This document shows, piece by piece, positions 8,722 to 17,705 of a stretch of DNA of 64,000 nucleotides; within the stretch, counting starts at the first letter, position 1; every line of letters begins with the position of its first letter. A program made the translations under genes and the position numbers. The stretch comes from Aulosira sp. ZfuVER01. GTDB taxonomy: Bacteria > Cyanobacteriota > Cyanobacteriia > Cyanobacteriales > Nostocaceae. Under the pieces are notes generated by a model that was not told the origin of the DNA, did not search any database, and worked only from the letters and a program-made list of their open reading frames with translations. The DNA is taken from NCBI GenBank assembly GCA_034530615.2, contig JAVRCV020000032.1, positions 64,001 to 128,000 on the forward strand. Direction: 5' to 3'.

Positions 8722-10653
8722 ATGGTGCGTTTAAAAATTTGGCAGTGGGTTGTCCTAGCAACACCGATCGCTTTCATCATCATTTTCTTACTGATAGCCG
8801 CAGGTTCCCAGATTCATACATGGGGGATTAATTGGATTTGGGCGGTGTTTACGCTGTTATTTGTGGGCTGGCGTTGGTTGCTAGTGAAATGGACTCGACC
8901 AGAGGTAGAACAACTAGAAGCAGCTTTAGCACAAGTCAGCGAAGAATTAGCAGCAACGGCGGACACGGAACAGTTACCCACCGGGAATGGTGCTACCAAT
9001 CAAGCTCAAGCAGTCTTAAATGAAGTTTTGCAAGCAGCACAAAACGATCGCCCGATTTGGGAAGATTGGCCAACTTTCTGGACGCGATGCCAAAATCTTG
9101 TTGTAGCGATCGCGCATATCTACCATCCTGAAGTTAAATATCCCCTGCTGAATATTTACGTTACCCAAGCCTACGGGTTAATACGGGGGACAGTTGATGA
9201 CCTCGATCAATGGATGCAGAAGCTATCACCTGCTTTAAATCAAGTTACAGTTGGGCAAGCTTACCAAGCTTATGAAGTCTACCGCAAGTTAGAACCATCC
9301 GCCCGCAAACTCTTTCAAGCTTGGAACTGGGCACAGTGGCTATTAAATCCAGCCGCAGCTTTAGCGAAAAAAGCCAGTCAAAGCTACACAAGCCAAGCAA
9401 ATCAGCAATTGCTGGTAAATTTAAGCCAAATGCTGCGAGAAGCTGCTTTGCGGAATTTGTGTCGGCAAGCGATCGCTCTTTATAGTGGTAGTACTTTACC
9501 AACTGCTGAGTTTTCTTCCCCAACGCCGACGCTACCTAAAGCTAAAACCCAAACCCTCAAAGAAATACTAGCCCAAGCAGAACCTGCGGAAAGCGTTGCG
9601 CAAAAACCTGTGAATATTCTGCTTGTAGGGCGCACAGGTTCGGGAAAAAGCAGTTTAATTAACACATTATTTCAGTCAGAACTAGCAGCCGTTGATGTGT
9701 TACCTAGTACCGATCAAATTCAGAGTTACCAATGGCAGACTTCCAGTAAAGAAACACTGGAGCTTTGGGATACTCCTGGTTATGAGCAAGTCAACCGTTC
9801 TGATTTTCGGGAATTAGTTTTAGACTATGCCACCAAAGCAGATTTACTATTGTTAGTCACACCCGCCCTCGATCCGGCGCTGCAAATGGATGTAGACTTC
9901 CTCAAAGATATGAAGGCGGAAGTTACAGATTTACCTGTAATTACGATAGTTACCCAAGTAGATCGTCTGCGTCCCATCCGAGAATGGCAACCTCCTTATA
10001 ACTGGGAATGGGGCGATCGCCCGAAGGAAATCTCTATTCGGGAAGCTACACAGTATCGGGTGCAATTGCTGGGGGATTTTTCTAAGTTAGTTTTACCTGT
10101 AGTGACAGGGGACAGCAAAACTAATCGCTCTGCTTGGGGAATAGAAGCTTTATCTTTAGGATTAGTAGATGCGATCGCCCCGGCTAAACAACTGCGCCTA
10201 GCTCGTTTTTTACGCAATCTGGAAGCGCGTACTGTGGCGGCGGCGAAAATTATCGACAACTACACCTTCCAGATGGCGACAACTCAAGGACTGACATCGC
10301 TACTCAAAAGTCCAGTTCTCCAGTTTATTTCTACACTATCAACCGGCTCTCCTACTCTGGCATACTTGCTAGCAGAAAAAATTCCCGTGGAACAGTTACC
10401 GATTGTAATTGGTAAGCTGCAAATGGCTTATGAGCTTTTCTCTTTATTAAATACAGGTGATTCTAGTAAACCCAACTTTGATTTACTAGCTTTGTGGCCG
10501 TTGCTGCTGGAAAATACTGGCACAAGCGATCGCAACGCTTGGGCGTTTGGTCATGCTGTAGTTGAGTACTGGACTCAAAACCTCACAGTTGAACAACTTC
10601 AAGAACGGTTTAATTACTATTTATCTACCAACCCCTTAGGGGGTAGGAAATAG
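8722..10653 (+). CDS. Membrane-anchored GTPase family protein (Era/YeeP-like G domain)
   Basis: Two N-terminal TM helices; GRTGSGKSS (G1), DTPG (G3), TQVD (G4). ATG at 8722. Confidence 0.82.
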   Translation: MVRLKIWQWVVLATPIAFIIIFLLIAAGSQIHTWGINWIWAVFTLLFVGWRWLLVKWTRPEVEQLEAALAQVSEELAATADTEQLPTGNGATNQAQAVLNEVLQAAQNDRPIWEDWPTFWTRCQNLVVAIAHIYHPEVKYPLLNIYVTQAYGLIRGTVDDLDQWMQKLSPALNQVTVGQAYQAYEVYRKLEPSARKLFQAWNWAQWLLNPAAALAKKASQSYTSQANQQLLVNLSQMLREAALRNLCRQAIALYSGSTLPTAEFSSPTPTLPKAKTQTLKEILAQAEPAESVAQKPVNILLVGRTGSGKSSLINTLFQSELAAVDVLPSTDQIQSYQWQTSSKETLELWDTPGYEQVNRSDFRELVLDYATKADLLLLVTPALDPALQMDVDFLKDMKAEVTDLPVITIVTQVDRLRPIREWQPPYNWEWGDRPKEISIREATQYRVQLLGDFSKLVLPVVTGDSKTNRSAWGIEALSLGLVDAIAPAKQLRLARFLRNLEARTVAAAKIIDNYTFQMATTQGLTSLLKSPVLQFISTLSTGSPTLAYLLAEKIPVEQLPIVIGKLQMAYELFSLLNTGDSSKPNFDLLALWPLLLENTGTSDRNAWAFGHAVVEYWTQNLTVEQLQERFNYYLSTNPLGGRK

Positions 10654-10661
10654 GATTTGCT

Positions 10662-11717
10662 TCAAACCAAAGCGAAGCTAGATTCTGTATCTGCTTCTGG
10701 TTCATAACCATGAGCTAATTGTTCAATTGCTCGATCGATCAAATCTAAACCTTGATTCACAGTTTCTACTAAACTGAGTTGTCCGCGCAAATCAGCAGCA
10801 CCGACAAAGCCTTTAGCATACCAAGTCATGTGCTTCCGGGCTTGACGGACACCGCGATCGCCTTTATATTCCCACAAAGCCTGTAAATGTTCTCGCGCGC
10901 ATTCCAAGCGTTGAATTGGTGTTGGTGGCGGTAACAGTTCCCCAGTTTTTAAGAAGTAATCAACTTCTCCCACCAAAAACGGATAACCTAAAGTCCCACG
11001 AGAACACATTACCCCGTCAGCGCCAGTTTGCTCCAAGCATTTCACCGCCGCCTCCACGGAGAAAATATCTCCATTACCAATTACTGGAATCGAAAGTATT
11101 TCTTTGACACGTCCAATCCATTCCCAGCGAGCATTGCCATTGTATCCTTGGGCACGGGTGCGTCCATGCACTGTAATCATTTGTGCCCCTGCATCTTCCA
11201 TGCGCTTGGCAAAATCGAGAATGGTAATTTCTTTATCATTCCAGCCAATCCGGGTTTTTACTGTTACTGGTACATCAACTGCCTTCACCACTTCCCGAAC
11301 AATTGCTTCGGCTACTTCTGGTTGGCGTAACAGCGAAGAACCACCACCATTTTTAGTAATTTTATTTACCGGACAGCCCATATTGATATCAACAGTATCA
11401 GCACCTTCCGCAACTGCTTTTACTGCTGCTTCCGCCAAAAAATCGGGACGACAATCAAATAATTGGATGCTAATTGGTCGTTCATTAGGATCGACCTCCA
11501 TAATTTTGGGTAACTCTTTAACATAGTGCAACCCCGTAGCATTCACCATTTCCGTGTACATCATCGAATCTGGTGCATAGCGACGTACCAAACGGCGAAA
11601 CACCATATCCGTCACCCCAGATAAAGGCGACTGCAAAACCCGGCTGTTAACTTCAAGCGATCCAATTTTCAGGGGTTGGGAGAGTCTAGCTTTGAGGCTA
11701 AGAGAGAGAGTTAGCAT
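10662..11717 (-). CDS. dusB: tRNA-dihydrouridine synthase B
   Basis: SPLSGVTD, DINMGCPV, KTRIGW, HGRTR, GNGDI. Confidence 0.93.
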   Translation of the reverse strand: MLTLSLSLKARLSQPLKIGSLEVNSRVLQSPLSGVTDMVFRRLVRRYAPDSMMYTEMVNATGLHYVKELPKIMEVDPNERPISIQLFDCRPDFLAEAAVKAVAEGADTVDINMGCPVNKITKNGGGSSLLRQPEVAEAIVREVVKAVDVPVTVKTRIGWNDKEITILDFAKRMEDAGAQMITVHGRTRAQGYNGNARWEWIGRVKEILSIPVIGNGDIFSVEAAVKCLEQTGADGVMCSRGTLGYPFLVGEVDYFLKTGELLPPPTPIQRLECAREHLQALWEYKGDRGVRQARKHMTWYAKGFVGAADLRGQLSLVETVNQGLDLIDRAIEQLAHGYEPEADTESSFALV

Positions 11718-11930
11718 ATAAACAATTCAAAATGCAAAATTAATGATATCTCTTAAATCAAGATGCTTGTTGATGGAATTTACTTGTAATTGAAGCGATC
11801 GCCAAACATAACCCAAAATAGACTATTGATTTAATAGTAGCAATAAGCTCTGACGCTCAGGTTGTCACAAGTCAAAAGACAAACGCCAAGAATTCTACGG
11901 CTAGTTTTGACACAGTTTAGATTGGAAACT

Positions 11931-12911
11931 TTACTGTGTCTGAAATATATTTTGCACCATTTTTTTGTCTAAACTATCCGCAGCTCGATCCAGTGCTGCT
12001 ATCTCGCCAGAGTCCAAATGCCAACCTAAAGCACCAATATTCTCTTGTGCTTGTTTCAAAGACTTTGCGCCAGGGATGGGAATAGTTCCTTTACTGCTGC
12101 ACCAGTTAATCGCTACTTGTGACATAGTTTTATTTCTTGACTGAGCGATTTCTCGTAAACAAGCTAAAAGCGGGTCAATACCTGGCAATAACTGCCTAAA
12201 CAATAGACCCCGAATGCCTTTAGGAAGAGGCCCTGTCTTTGAGTATTTTCCTGTTAATAGCCCCAATCCCAAAGGGCTATAGGCAATCAGTTTAATTCCC
12301 ATTTCGTCGCAAACTTCTTTTAGCCCTAGTTGAGTAACAGGATATGTGGATAGTAGAGAGTATTGAACTTGCAAAGTTGCGATCGCCACACCGCGATCGC
12401 TAAATTTTTTATATACTCGTTGCAGACGCTTTGGCCCGTAATTGGATAAGCCTACAGCTTTGACTAATCCTTGCTCATAAAGATCAGCCAGTCCATCCAA
12501 AAGCCTCTCTTCTTGCCAAGGTGCATAGTTTGCTGTAGACCAATGCATTTGCACTAAGTCTACATTTCTGCCTAGGCGTTGGGCAGAAGCTTTACCAGCT
12601 TGTATCATTGATTGTCTCGTCCATCTCCAGGGGTAAGCAGCTAGCTTAGTGGCGATGCAAATTTTTTCGCTGTTGATACCTTGATATGCTCGAGAAAATT
12701 TTCCTAGAAGTATCTCACTGCGTCCCTTCAATTTGCCAGTACCGTAAGAATCTCCCGTGTCAAATAAAGTCACACCATTGCTGACACAAAGGTTAAAGAC
12801 GGCTTGTAACTCCTCATCCATGCTTTGATCGTATCCCCAGAGCAGCTGGTTTCCCCATGCCCAAGTTCCACAGCCCATAGTTGGAAGCGATAGTTCCTGG
12901 CTAATCTGCAT
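11931..12911 (-). CDS. Aldo/keto reductase
   Basis: GCGTWAWG, FDTGDSYG, ATK, QMHW, GLSNY, AYSPLGLGLLTGKY, PIPGAK. Likely ATG at 12911. Confidence 0.9.
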   Translation of the reverse strand: MQISQELSLPTMGCGTWAWGNQLLWGYDQSMDEELQAVFNLCVSNGVTLFDTGDSYGTGKLKGRSEILLGKFSRAYQGINSEKICIATKLAAYPWRWTRQSMIQAGKASAQRLGRNVDLVQMHWSTANYAPWQEERLLDGLADLYEQGLVKAVGLSNYGPKRLQRVYKKFSDRGVAIATLQVQYSLLSTYPVTQLGLKEVCDEMGIKLIAYSPLGLGLLTGKYSKTGPLPKGIRGLLFRQLLPGIDPLLACLREIAQSRNKTMSQVAINWCSSKGTIPIPGAKSLKQAQENIGALGWHLDSGEIAALDRAADSLDKKMVQNIFQTQ

Positions 12912-12991
12912 ATTTATCCCTGAAAACAAAGTTTCTCAAAGTTCATTATCAGATAATTTCTGCGAACTATTGTTAGCAATTGAGAGGAGGG

Positions 12992-13035
12992 TGTAGCTGT
13001 TTGACAATGATGCGTGCTACATTTGTATTACAAAT
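12992..13035. promoter_or_regulatory. Palindromic candidate operator/promoter region of the VWA-ARPP locus
   Basis: TGTAGC-N18-GCTACA (12992-13021) encloses TTGACA (13001-13006). Perfect ATTTGTA-T-TACAAAT at 13021-13035. No canonical -10 at 17-bp spacing. Confidence 0.4.
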
Positions 13036-13041
13036 TCTCCT

Positions 13042-13137
13042 AACCTTGAGATTTAGGTGTTGTCTATCAACCTATTTGCGGCATATTTAAGCGATCGCAG
13101 CAGCATTAAATTCTCAATTTTGTGTAGTACGATGCTC
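13042..13137 (+). ncRNA. Candidate structured ncRNA or 5' leader upstream of the TROVE-like gene
   Basis: 5' TTGAGA-TTTA-G-GTGTTG (13046-13062) can pair with CAGCAT-TAAA-T-TCTCAA (13101-13117), with two single-nt bulges and G-U pairs favouring the + strand. Internal stem TGCG-GC..GC-GAT-CGCA. Confidence 0.4.
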
Positions 13138-13186
13138 CAAGCTCAAAATAAAGATAATTATTCGTATATTTTTTTACTTTCTGTTT

Positions 13187-14617
13187 ATGAATGCTAACTC
13201 TCCCAACCGCGTTGAACAGGTAGCGCGAGAAGATTTAGTTATGTTTATCAATGCTTGTCTCGCTTGCACTGGACAGCGTGAGTTTTATGATGATGCTTAT
13301 GGTCAACGAGTATCAATTGACTTTTTACATGATTATATTCTCGGTAATTACCGCTTGCTTTATGCTCGTTCCTTAGCAGCCGGGATTAACCATTTCAATC
13401 AAGCGCAAATTATTCTCAAGCTATTGGCAACGGGAAAGTATACACTCCCAGAACATAAGCAAGAGGAAGGTGCATTAATTGCCCATGCACTCAATACTTT
13501 ACCTCCACAACGCGCCTGGGCTGTGTTGCAGCAGTTGCGTCACCAAAGAATTAACAATCGCCGCAGCCGGGCGATCGCGCGTGACTACTTACAGCAACGG
13601 CGCGATATGAGTTTTGATGCTGTGAAGTATCGCCCAAAAGTGCGGGCGATCGCAGCTCATGCGCACCTGAAACTGCAAGGTGAATTAGGTACTTTTCTCT
13701 TCCGTAACTGGAAACAAAAGATTTACACAACTGAATTATTTGAGAAATTTCGCCAAGCCCACTACAGTGCAGAAGCGATTTACAATTTGCCTTTCACTGT
13801 AGCGGAAGGTTTAGCAACTAAGCACAATATTAAGCGCGATGTATTTTTAACCCGAATTCAACAGCAAATGACTATCGGTGAAAAGTTGCGTTTGCAAGGT
13901 GCAGCAGAACGTACTGAGAAGGTGGAAATTGACCTAGATTTCGGACGTTTGCCGTTAACTAAATTGGCATTGTATATCCTGTCTTTACCTTTAGAAACTA
14001 GAAAACAGCAACGGGAGATTTTTACTCAAGCTTTAGAGCGATCGGCGCGTTTCGTGCTAAAAAAAGCACCATTAAAACTCGGGAAAGTTGCAGCGGTTTT
14101 AGATTGTAGCTACTCCAGTTCTGGCTCGAGCGAAAAGCGCCGTCGCCCTTTGGGTGTAGCACTAGCTACTCACTACTTATTACAAGCAGCATCAAAAGAA
14201 TATCGTCCTTTTTGGACAATACCTGTAGAAGATGCTTTGCAGGTACGCGCCCACGGACAAACTGACTTAGCAACACCATTATTAGCAGCCTTGGGTTCTG
14301 GTGCAGACTTAGTTGTAATTGTCTCTGATGGTTGCGAAAACTATCCGCCCAAAGGTGCGGCGGAAGTATTGCGGGTATTTCGGAATAAATTAGACCCTTG
14401 GCGACGGACTTCTATTATTCATTGCAATCCCGTGTTTAATTCCGAAGACTTTTCTTTGCGTAACCTCAGCCCATCCATCCCCACAGTGGGATTAAGAGAT
14501 GCGGAAGATTTACCCACAATGTTGGGCTTTGCCCGTTTTGCTGATGGTTCTGCACCCTTATCAGAATTAGAAGCATATTTGGCTGAACGAGTACAACAGA
14601 TGTTAACTGGAACATGA
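13187..14617 (+). CDS. Helical N-domain + C-terminal VWA (MIDAS) protein; divergent Ro60/TROVE-like
   Basis: C-terminal VAAVLDCSYSS (DxSxS), GQTDLA (T) and VVIVSDGCEN (D) make a complete MIDAS. The ~295-aa N-region is basic and looks helical. The TROVE assignment is inferred from architecture. Confidence 0.6.
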   Translation: MNANSPNRVEQVAREDLVMFINACLACTGQREFYDDAYGQRVSIDFLHDYILGNYRLLYARSLAAGINHFNQAQIILKLLATGKYTLPEHKQEEGALIAHALNTLPPQRAWAVLQQLRHQRINNRRSRAIARDYLQQRRDMSFDAVKYRPKVRAIAAHAHLKLQGELGTFLFRNWKQKIYTTELFEKFRQAHYSAEAIYNLPFTVAEGLATKHNIKRDVFLTRIQQQMTIGEKLRLQGAAERTEKVEIDLDFGRLPLTKLALYILSLPLETRKQQREIFTQALERSARFVLKKAPLKLGKVAAVLDCSYSSSGSSEKRRRPLGVALATHYLLQAASKEYRPFWTIPVEDALQVRAHGQTDLATPLLAALGSGADLVVIVSDGCENYPPKGAAEVLRVFRNKLDPWRRTSIIHCNPVFNSEDFSLRNLSPSIPTVGLRDAEDLPTMLGFARFADGSAPLSELEAYLAERVQQMLTGT

Positions 14618-14685
14618 CAGTTGAGCCATTCATACCTTCGTAAACAATTCAATTGAGAAAACTCCGCGTACCTCTGCGCTAACTC

Positions 14686-14796
14686 ATACCATTTCACCAA
14701 AAATTATGATGCAGACGCAAACCCTGGAACCTTTGCTGAGTCTCAATTTCTTAATTTTTAATTTTGAATTTTGAATTTTGAATTTTGAATTGGTAT
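14686..14796. mobile_element. ATACCA..TGGTAT MITE-like element carrying a TTTTGAA heptamer tract, inserted into another short repeat
   Basis: Ends ATACCATTTCA and TGAATTGGTAT; (ATTTTGA)x4 at about 14761-14788. The flanks CTCCGCGTACCTCTGCGCTAACTC and AGCGTCCCTTTGCGTTAAA join into one CTCTGCG-type repeat. Confidence 0.65.
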
Positions 14797-14831
14797 AAGC
14801 GTCCCTTTGCGTTAAAAAACGCTCTTTAAAT

Positions 14832-16010
14832 ATGACAACCAAACAGAAATTACTAACAGATATATCCTTAAAAGGATTAGAAATTGCACCTTCCCAAATT
14901 CGAGGCGCAGTCCGCATTGTACCGCTACTGCGCCGTGAGGTGCGGGGAGATTTACGTTTAGTGCAACGTGGTTATAACGAAGATCTCACCATTGTTTCCT
15001 TGGAAGGGAAAATAACCGAACCAGGGATGAAATATTACTCTTATGTACCTCACGGTTTGGTAATTTCTTGGAGTGAGGATGGTAGCCCCATAGCAGCCTT
15101 TGGCGGACAAATGCTCAAGCCTGACGGTAAACGTTTGGATTGTGGTTGTGCAAGCGTGCGGTTAATGCATCGCATGGCCAAGCGGGAATCCAAGAATCAA
15201 CTCAGATTTCTTCCCTTACACTTGGCAATGGAAGGTTTTCTTTCGCTGTTTTTCTCAGGCCCAAATATTGCTTGGAATGAGTATTCTAAGTATGCTCTTT
15301 CTCAAGGACTGGGTTCACGCTACGAAATGTCTGTCAGTGGGCGTTATATTGCAGGATTAGAAGACGCTTTGCGTGTATTTGAGATTCATCCTAGACAGGT
15401 TGGGGTGTTGGTATTTGTGGCTGAGACTTTAGCCTCGGCTTTTGTGGTTCCGACTCCAGAGGATTACCGCGCTTTGCACACCAGTTTACTAGAGGACTTC
15501 TACGGTGAATTGATTTATGAGTACAGTCTGATGTTTGACACGCCTTTTCCTATGGATTTATCTGTGGATGACTCTAAAATTAATAGTTTGGCAGATTTGC
15601 GAAGTGCGATCGCAAAAATGCGATCTGATTGGGCATCTTTTCAAGGGTTTATGGCAGAAGGACTGTTGCAACGTCAATTACGTTCTCAAAGAGTTTACAC
15701 TGCTGGGCCGTTTGTATTGCAAAGATTTATTACTAACCTGCTTCCTAAAGAAGAAAACCATATCGGGGAAGCAATTGTTCGGGACAATGGAGAACTGGAG
15801 TATCTGAAAACTTATCGCCTCTCAGCCGCCCAAACCCGTCGAGTTTATTTACTTAGTCAACTAGATTTGTATAACTGGAACTTGGATGCTACGGCTAAAG
15901 CACTGGGGAACACCAGTGAAGAATTCGTACTACGGTTAGAAACTGCTGGCTTTGGTTATTTACTCAATCAACAAGTGCGAGATGCTGCTAGGAAAAAGTC
16001 TAAAAAATGA
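14832..16010 (+). CDS. ARPP-2-like domain protein with C-terminal Fis-type HTH-like segment
   Basis: N-terminus LKGLEIAPSQIRGAVRIVPLLR, YVPHGLV, LRFLPLHLAMEGFL, LEDALRVFEIH recalled as the ARPP-2 family. C-terminal LLSQLDLYNWNLDATAKALG resembles a Fis/NtrC HTH. Needs HMM confirmation. Confidence 0.55.
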   Translation: MTTKQKLLTDISLKGLEIAPSQIRGAVRIVPLLRREVRGDLRLVQRGYNEDLTIVSLEGKITEPGMKYYSYVPHGLVISWSEDGSPIAAFGGQMLKPDGKRLDCGCASVRLMHRMAKRESKNQLRFLPLHLAMEGFLSLFFSGPNIAWNEYSKYALSQGLGSRYEMSVSGRYIAGLEDALRVFEIHPRQVGVLVFVAETLASAFVVPTPEDYRALHTSLLEDFYGELIYEYSLMFDTPFPMDLSVDDSKINSLADLRSAIAKMRSDWASFQGFMAEGLLQRQLRSQRVYTAGPFVLQRFITNLLPKEENHIGEAIVRDNGELEYLKTYRLSAAQTRRVYLLSQLDLYNWNLDATAKALGNTSEEFVLRLETAGFGYLLNQQVRDAARKKSKK

Positions 16011-16039
16011 GTCAATGGGTATGGGGAATTGCTGATTTC

Positions 16040-16480
16040 TCAAGCAAATTGCCGAATTTGAGCTACATCCATAACTGCTTTAGCTAACTCATCTAAGTTA
16101 ATCGGCTTGTGCAGAAACTTTTGATAACCAGCTAAATATGCATATTTTCGATCGTCATCCATAACATACGCGCTCAGTGCGATCGCGGGAGTTCTTCTAC
16201 CTTGCGCTGAGTCAAGTTTTTTAACTTTCCGTAGCAGGGAGTAGCCATCTTCATCGGGTAAACAAATATCGCTAATTAAAACATCTGGTTGGAAGCATGA
16301 GATTATTTCTAGAGCTTCACTTGCTGAATTCACTGCCATAACCTCTGCGCCTTCGAGTTCAAACAGGATGGTGAGTAGCTTTCTTGTGTCAAGGTCATCA
16401 TCAACAACAAGTAAGCGTAGACCCTTAAATGAAATGGGTTTGTTAAGCATGATTTCGACCATAGTAAAAGTTTTACACAT
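16040..16480 (-). CDS. Single-domain response regulator (CheY-like receiver)
   Basis: LLVVDDD, PDVLISDICLPDEDGY, IALSA, KP. Confidence 0.92.
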   Translation of the reverse strand: MCKTFTMVEIMLNKPISFKGLRLLVVDDDLDTRKLLTILFELEGAEVMAVNSASEALEIISCFQPDVLISDICLPDEDGYSLLRKVKKLDSAQGRRTPAIALSAYVMDDDRKYAYLAGYQKFLHKPINLDELAKAVMDVAQIRQFA

Positions 16481-16603
16481 GAAGTAGAGATGGCATCAAA
16501 ATGCACGCTCTCCCAATAGCATTAAAATGCACGCTCATATTTAATTTAGCCGTACTCAGTCGTAAAAGTCTGTCCGATTTCGTACATTCAACGGTAAAAG
16601 TAT

Positions 16604-17341
16604 TTATGTATGCTTCCGCACAGACAAATTGCCTAGTAAGCGAGTGAATTCGTCTTTTACTATACGATAACACTCACAAGAAGTTGCTTCCAAAGCTTCT
16701 CTGTCTAAGATGGTAATGTGACCGCGGTGGTATTTGATGATTCCTGATTGGCTGAAAATACCAGCAGCGACAGTAACACCAGAACGTCGTACACCCAGCA
16801 TTTGAGCCATAAATTCTTGAGTCAGAGGAAACTCTTGAGATCCTATACGGTCAGAAACTTTCAAAAGCCAACGGGCAAATCGCTTCTCTAAAGTATGACG
16901 GCTGTTACAAGCTACTCCCTGCGACAGTTCCATGAGTACAGCTTGTACGTAACGTAGCAGCAGGCTTTGCAGATATCCACCACGATCAAACTCAGTTTTG
17001 AGTACATCTGCATTTATTCGCATACCATCACCTGGAACCTGCACAATAGCTTGTATAGATGAAATATTGTCTCCCAATATTACCGGAATACCAGCCATGC
17101 CTTCATCACCAACTAAAGCTATTTCGACTGTTGAACCATCATTCATCATAGTAAGTAGAGAAATTATTGCCCGATTGGGGAAATAAACGTATGCGATCGC
17201 TTCCCCTACTTCGTAAATAACTTGTCGATTTGCAAGTGGAACTAAGTGCAAATGAGGCACAAGACGTTCATATTCTGCACATGGCAACGCAGCAAGCAGC
17301 TTATTTCTTGGATCTATTAACATTTGCTTATTGACTGACAT
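16604..17341 (-). CDS. Crp/Fnr family transcriptional regulator
   Basis: N-terminal cNMP-binding-like domain (YVYFP, VGDEGMAG) and HTH LTQEFMAQMLGVRRSGVT. Confidence 0.92.
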   Translation of the reverse strand: MSVNKQMLIDPRNKLLAALPCAEYERLVPHLHLVPLANRQVIYEVGEAIAYVYFPNRAIISLLTMMNDGSTVEIALVGDEGMAGIPVILGDNISSIQAIVQVPGDGMRINADVLKTEFDRGGYLQSLLLRYVQAVLMELSQGVACNSRHTLEKRFARWLLKVSDRIGSQEFPLTQEFMAQMLGVRRSGVTVAAGIFSQSGIIKYHRGHITILDREALEATSCECYRIVKDEFTRLLGNLSVRKHT

Positions 17342-17637
17342 TAAGAATCTCCATTAAAGGAATAGCCCTTTAGAAAATTTAGCTAAAGGCACAATTAGAA
17401 TAATTAAGAAATTAAGATTCTTTTCTCAATGTCAAAACAATGTGTCTTCTCAAGCAAAATTATCTATAAATGTTGGCTACATAGCAGCCTTCGATGCAGA
17501 GTATATTGCTACTCTACAATTCTATGTTCGACATTTTTTCAAAAAAAGTATATATTTCCTTTTTGATTTGTGGACTTATTTGTAGAGGTAGAAAACAGCT
17601 AAATTAGGTTAAGGTGTACGGCTGTTTATCAACAAAA

Positions 17638-17705
17638 TAAAGAGGATTTATATATAAAGAGTATTTATATATAAAGAGGATTTATATATAAAGAGGATTT
17701 ATATA
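17638..17705. repeat. Tandem repeat, 4 x 17 bp
   Basis: TAAAGAGGATTTATATA at 17638, 17655 (one G>T change), 17672 and 17689; no spacers. Confidence 0.92.

Noticed and set aside
10662..11717. Functional link between dusB and the Ro-like locus
   Set aside because: dusB is a housekeeping gene on the opposite strand, separated by a reductase; proximity alone is not evidence
14684..14917. 77-aa minus-strand ORF with NSKFKIQNSKLKI
   Set aside because: Translation of the heptamer tract and MITE, antisense to a real gene
17638..17705. CRISPR array
   Set aside because: The repeats are directly adjacent with no spacers, only 17 bp long, and there are no cas genes
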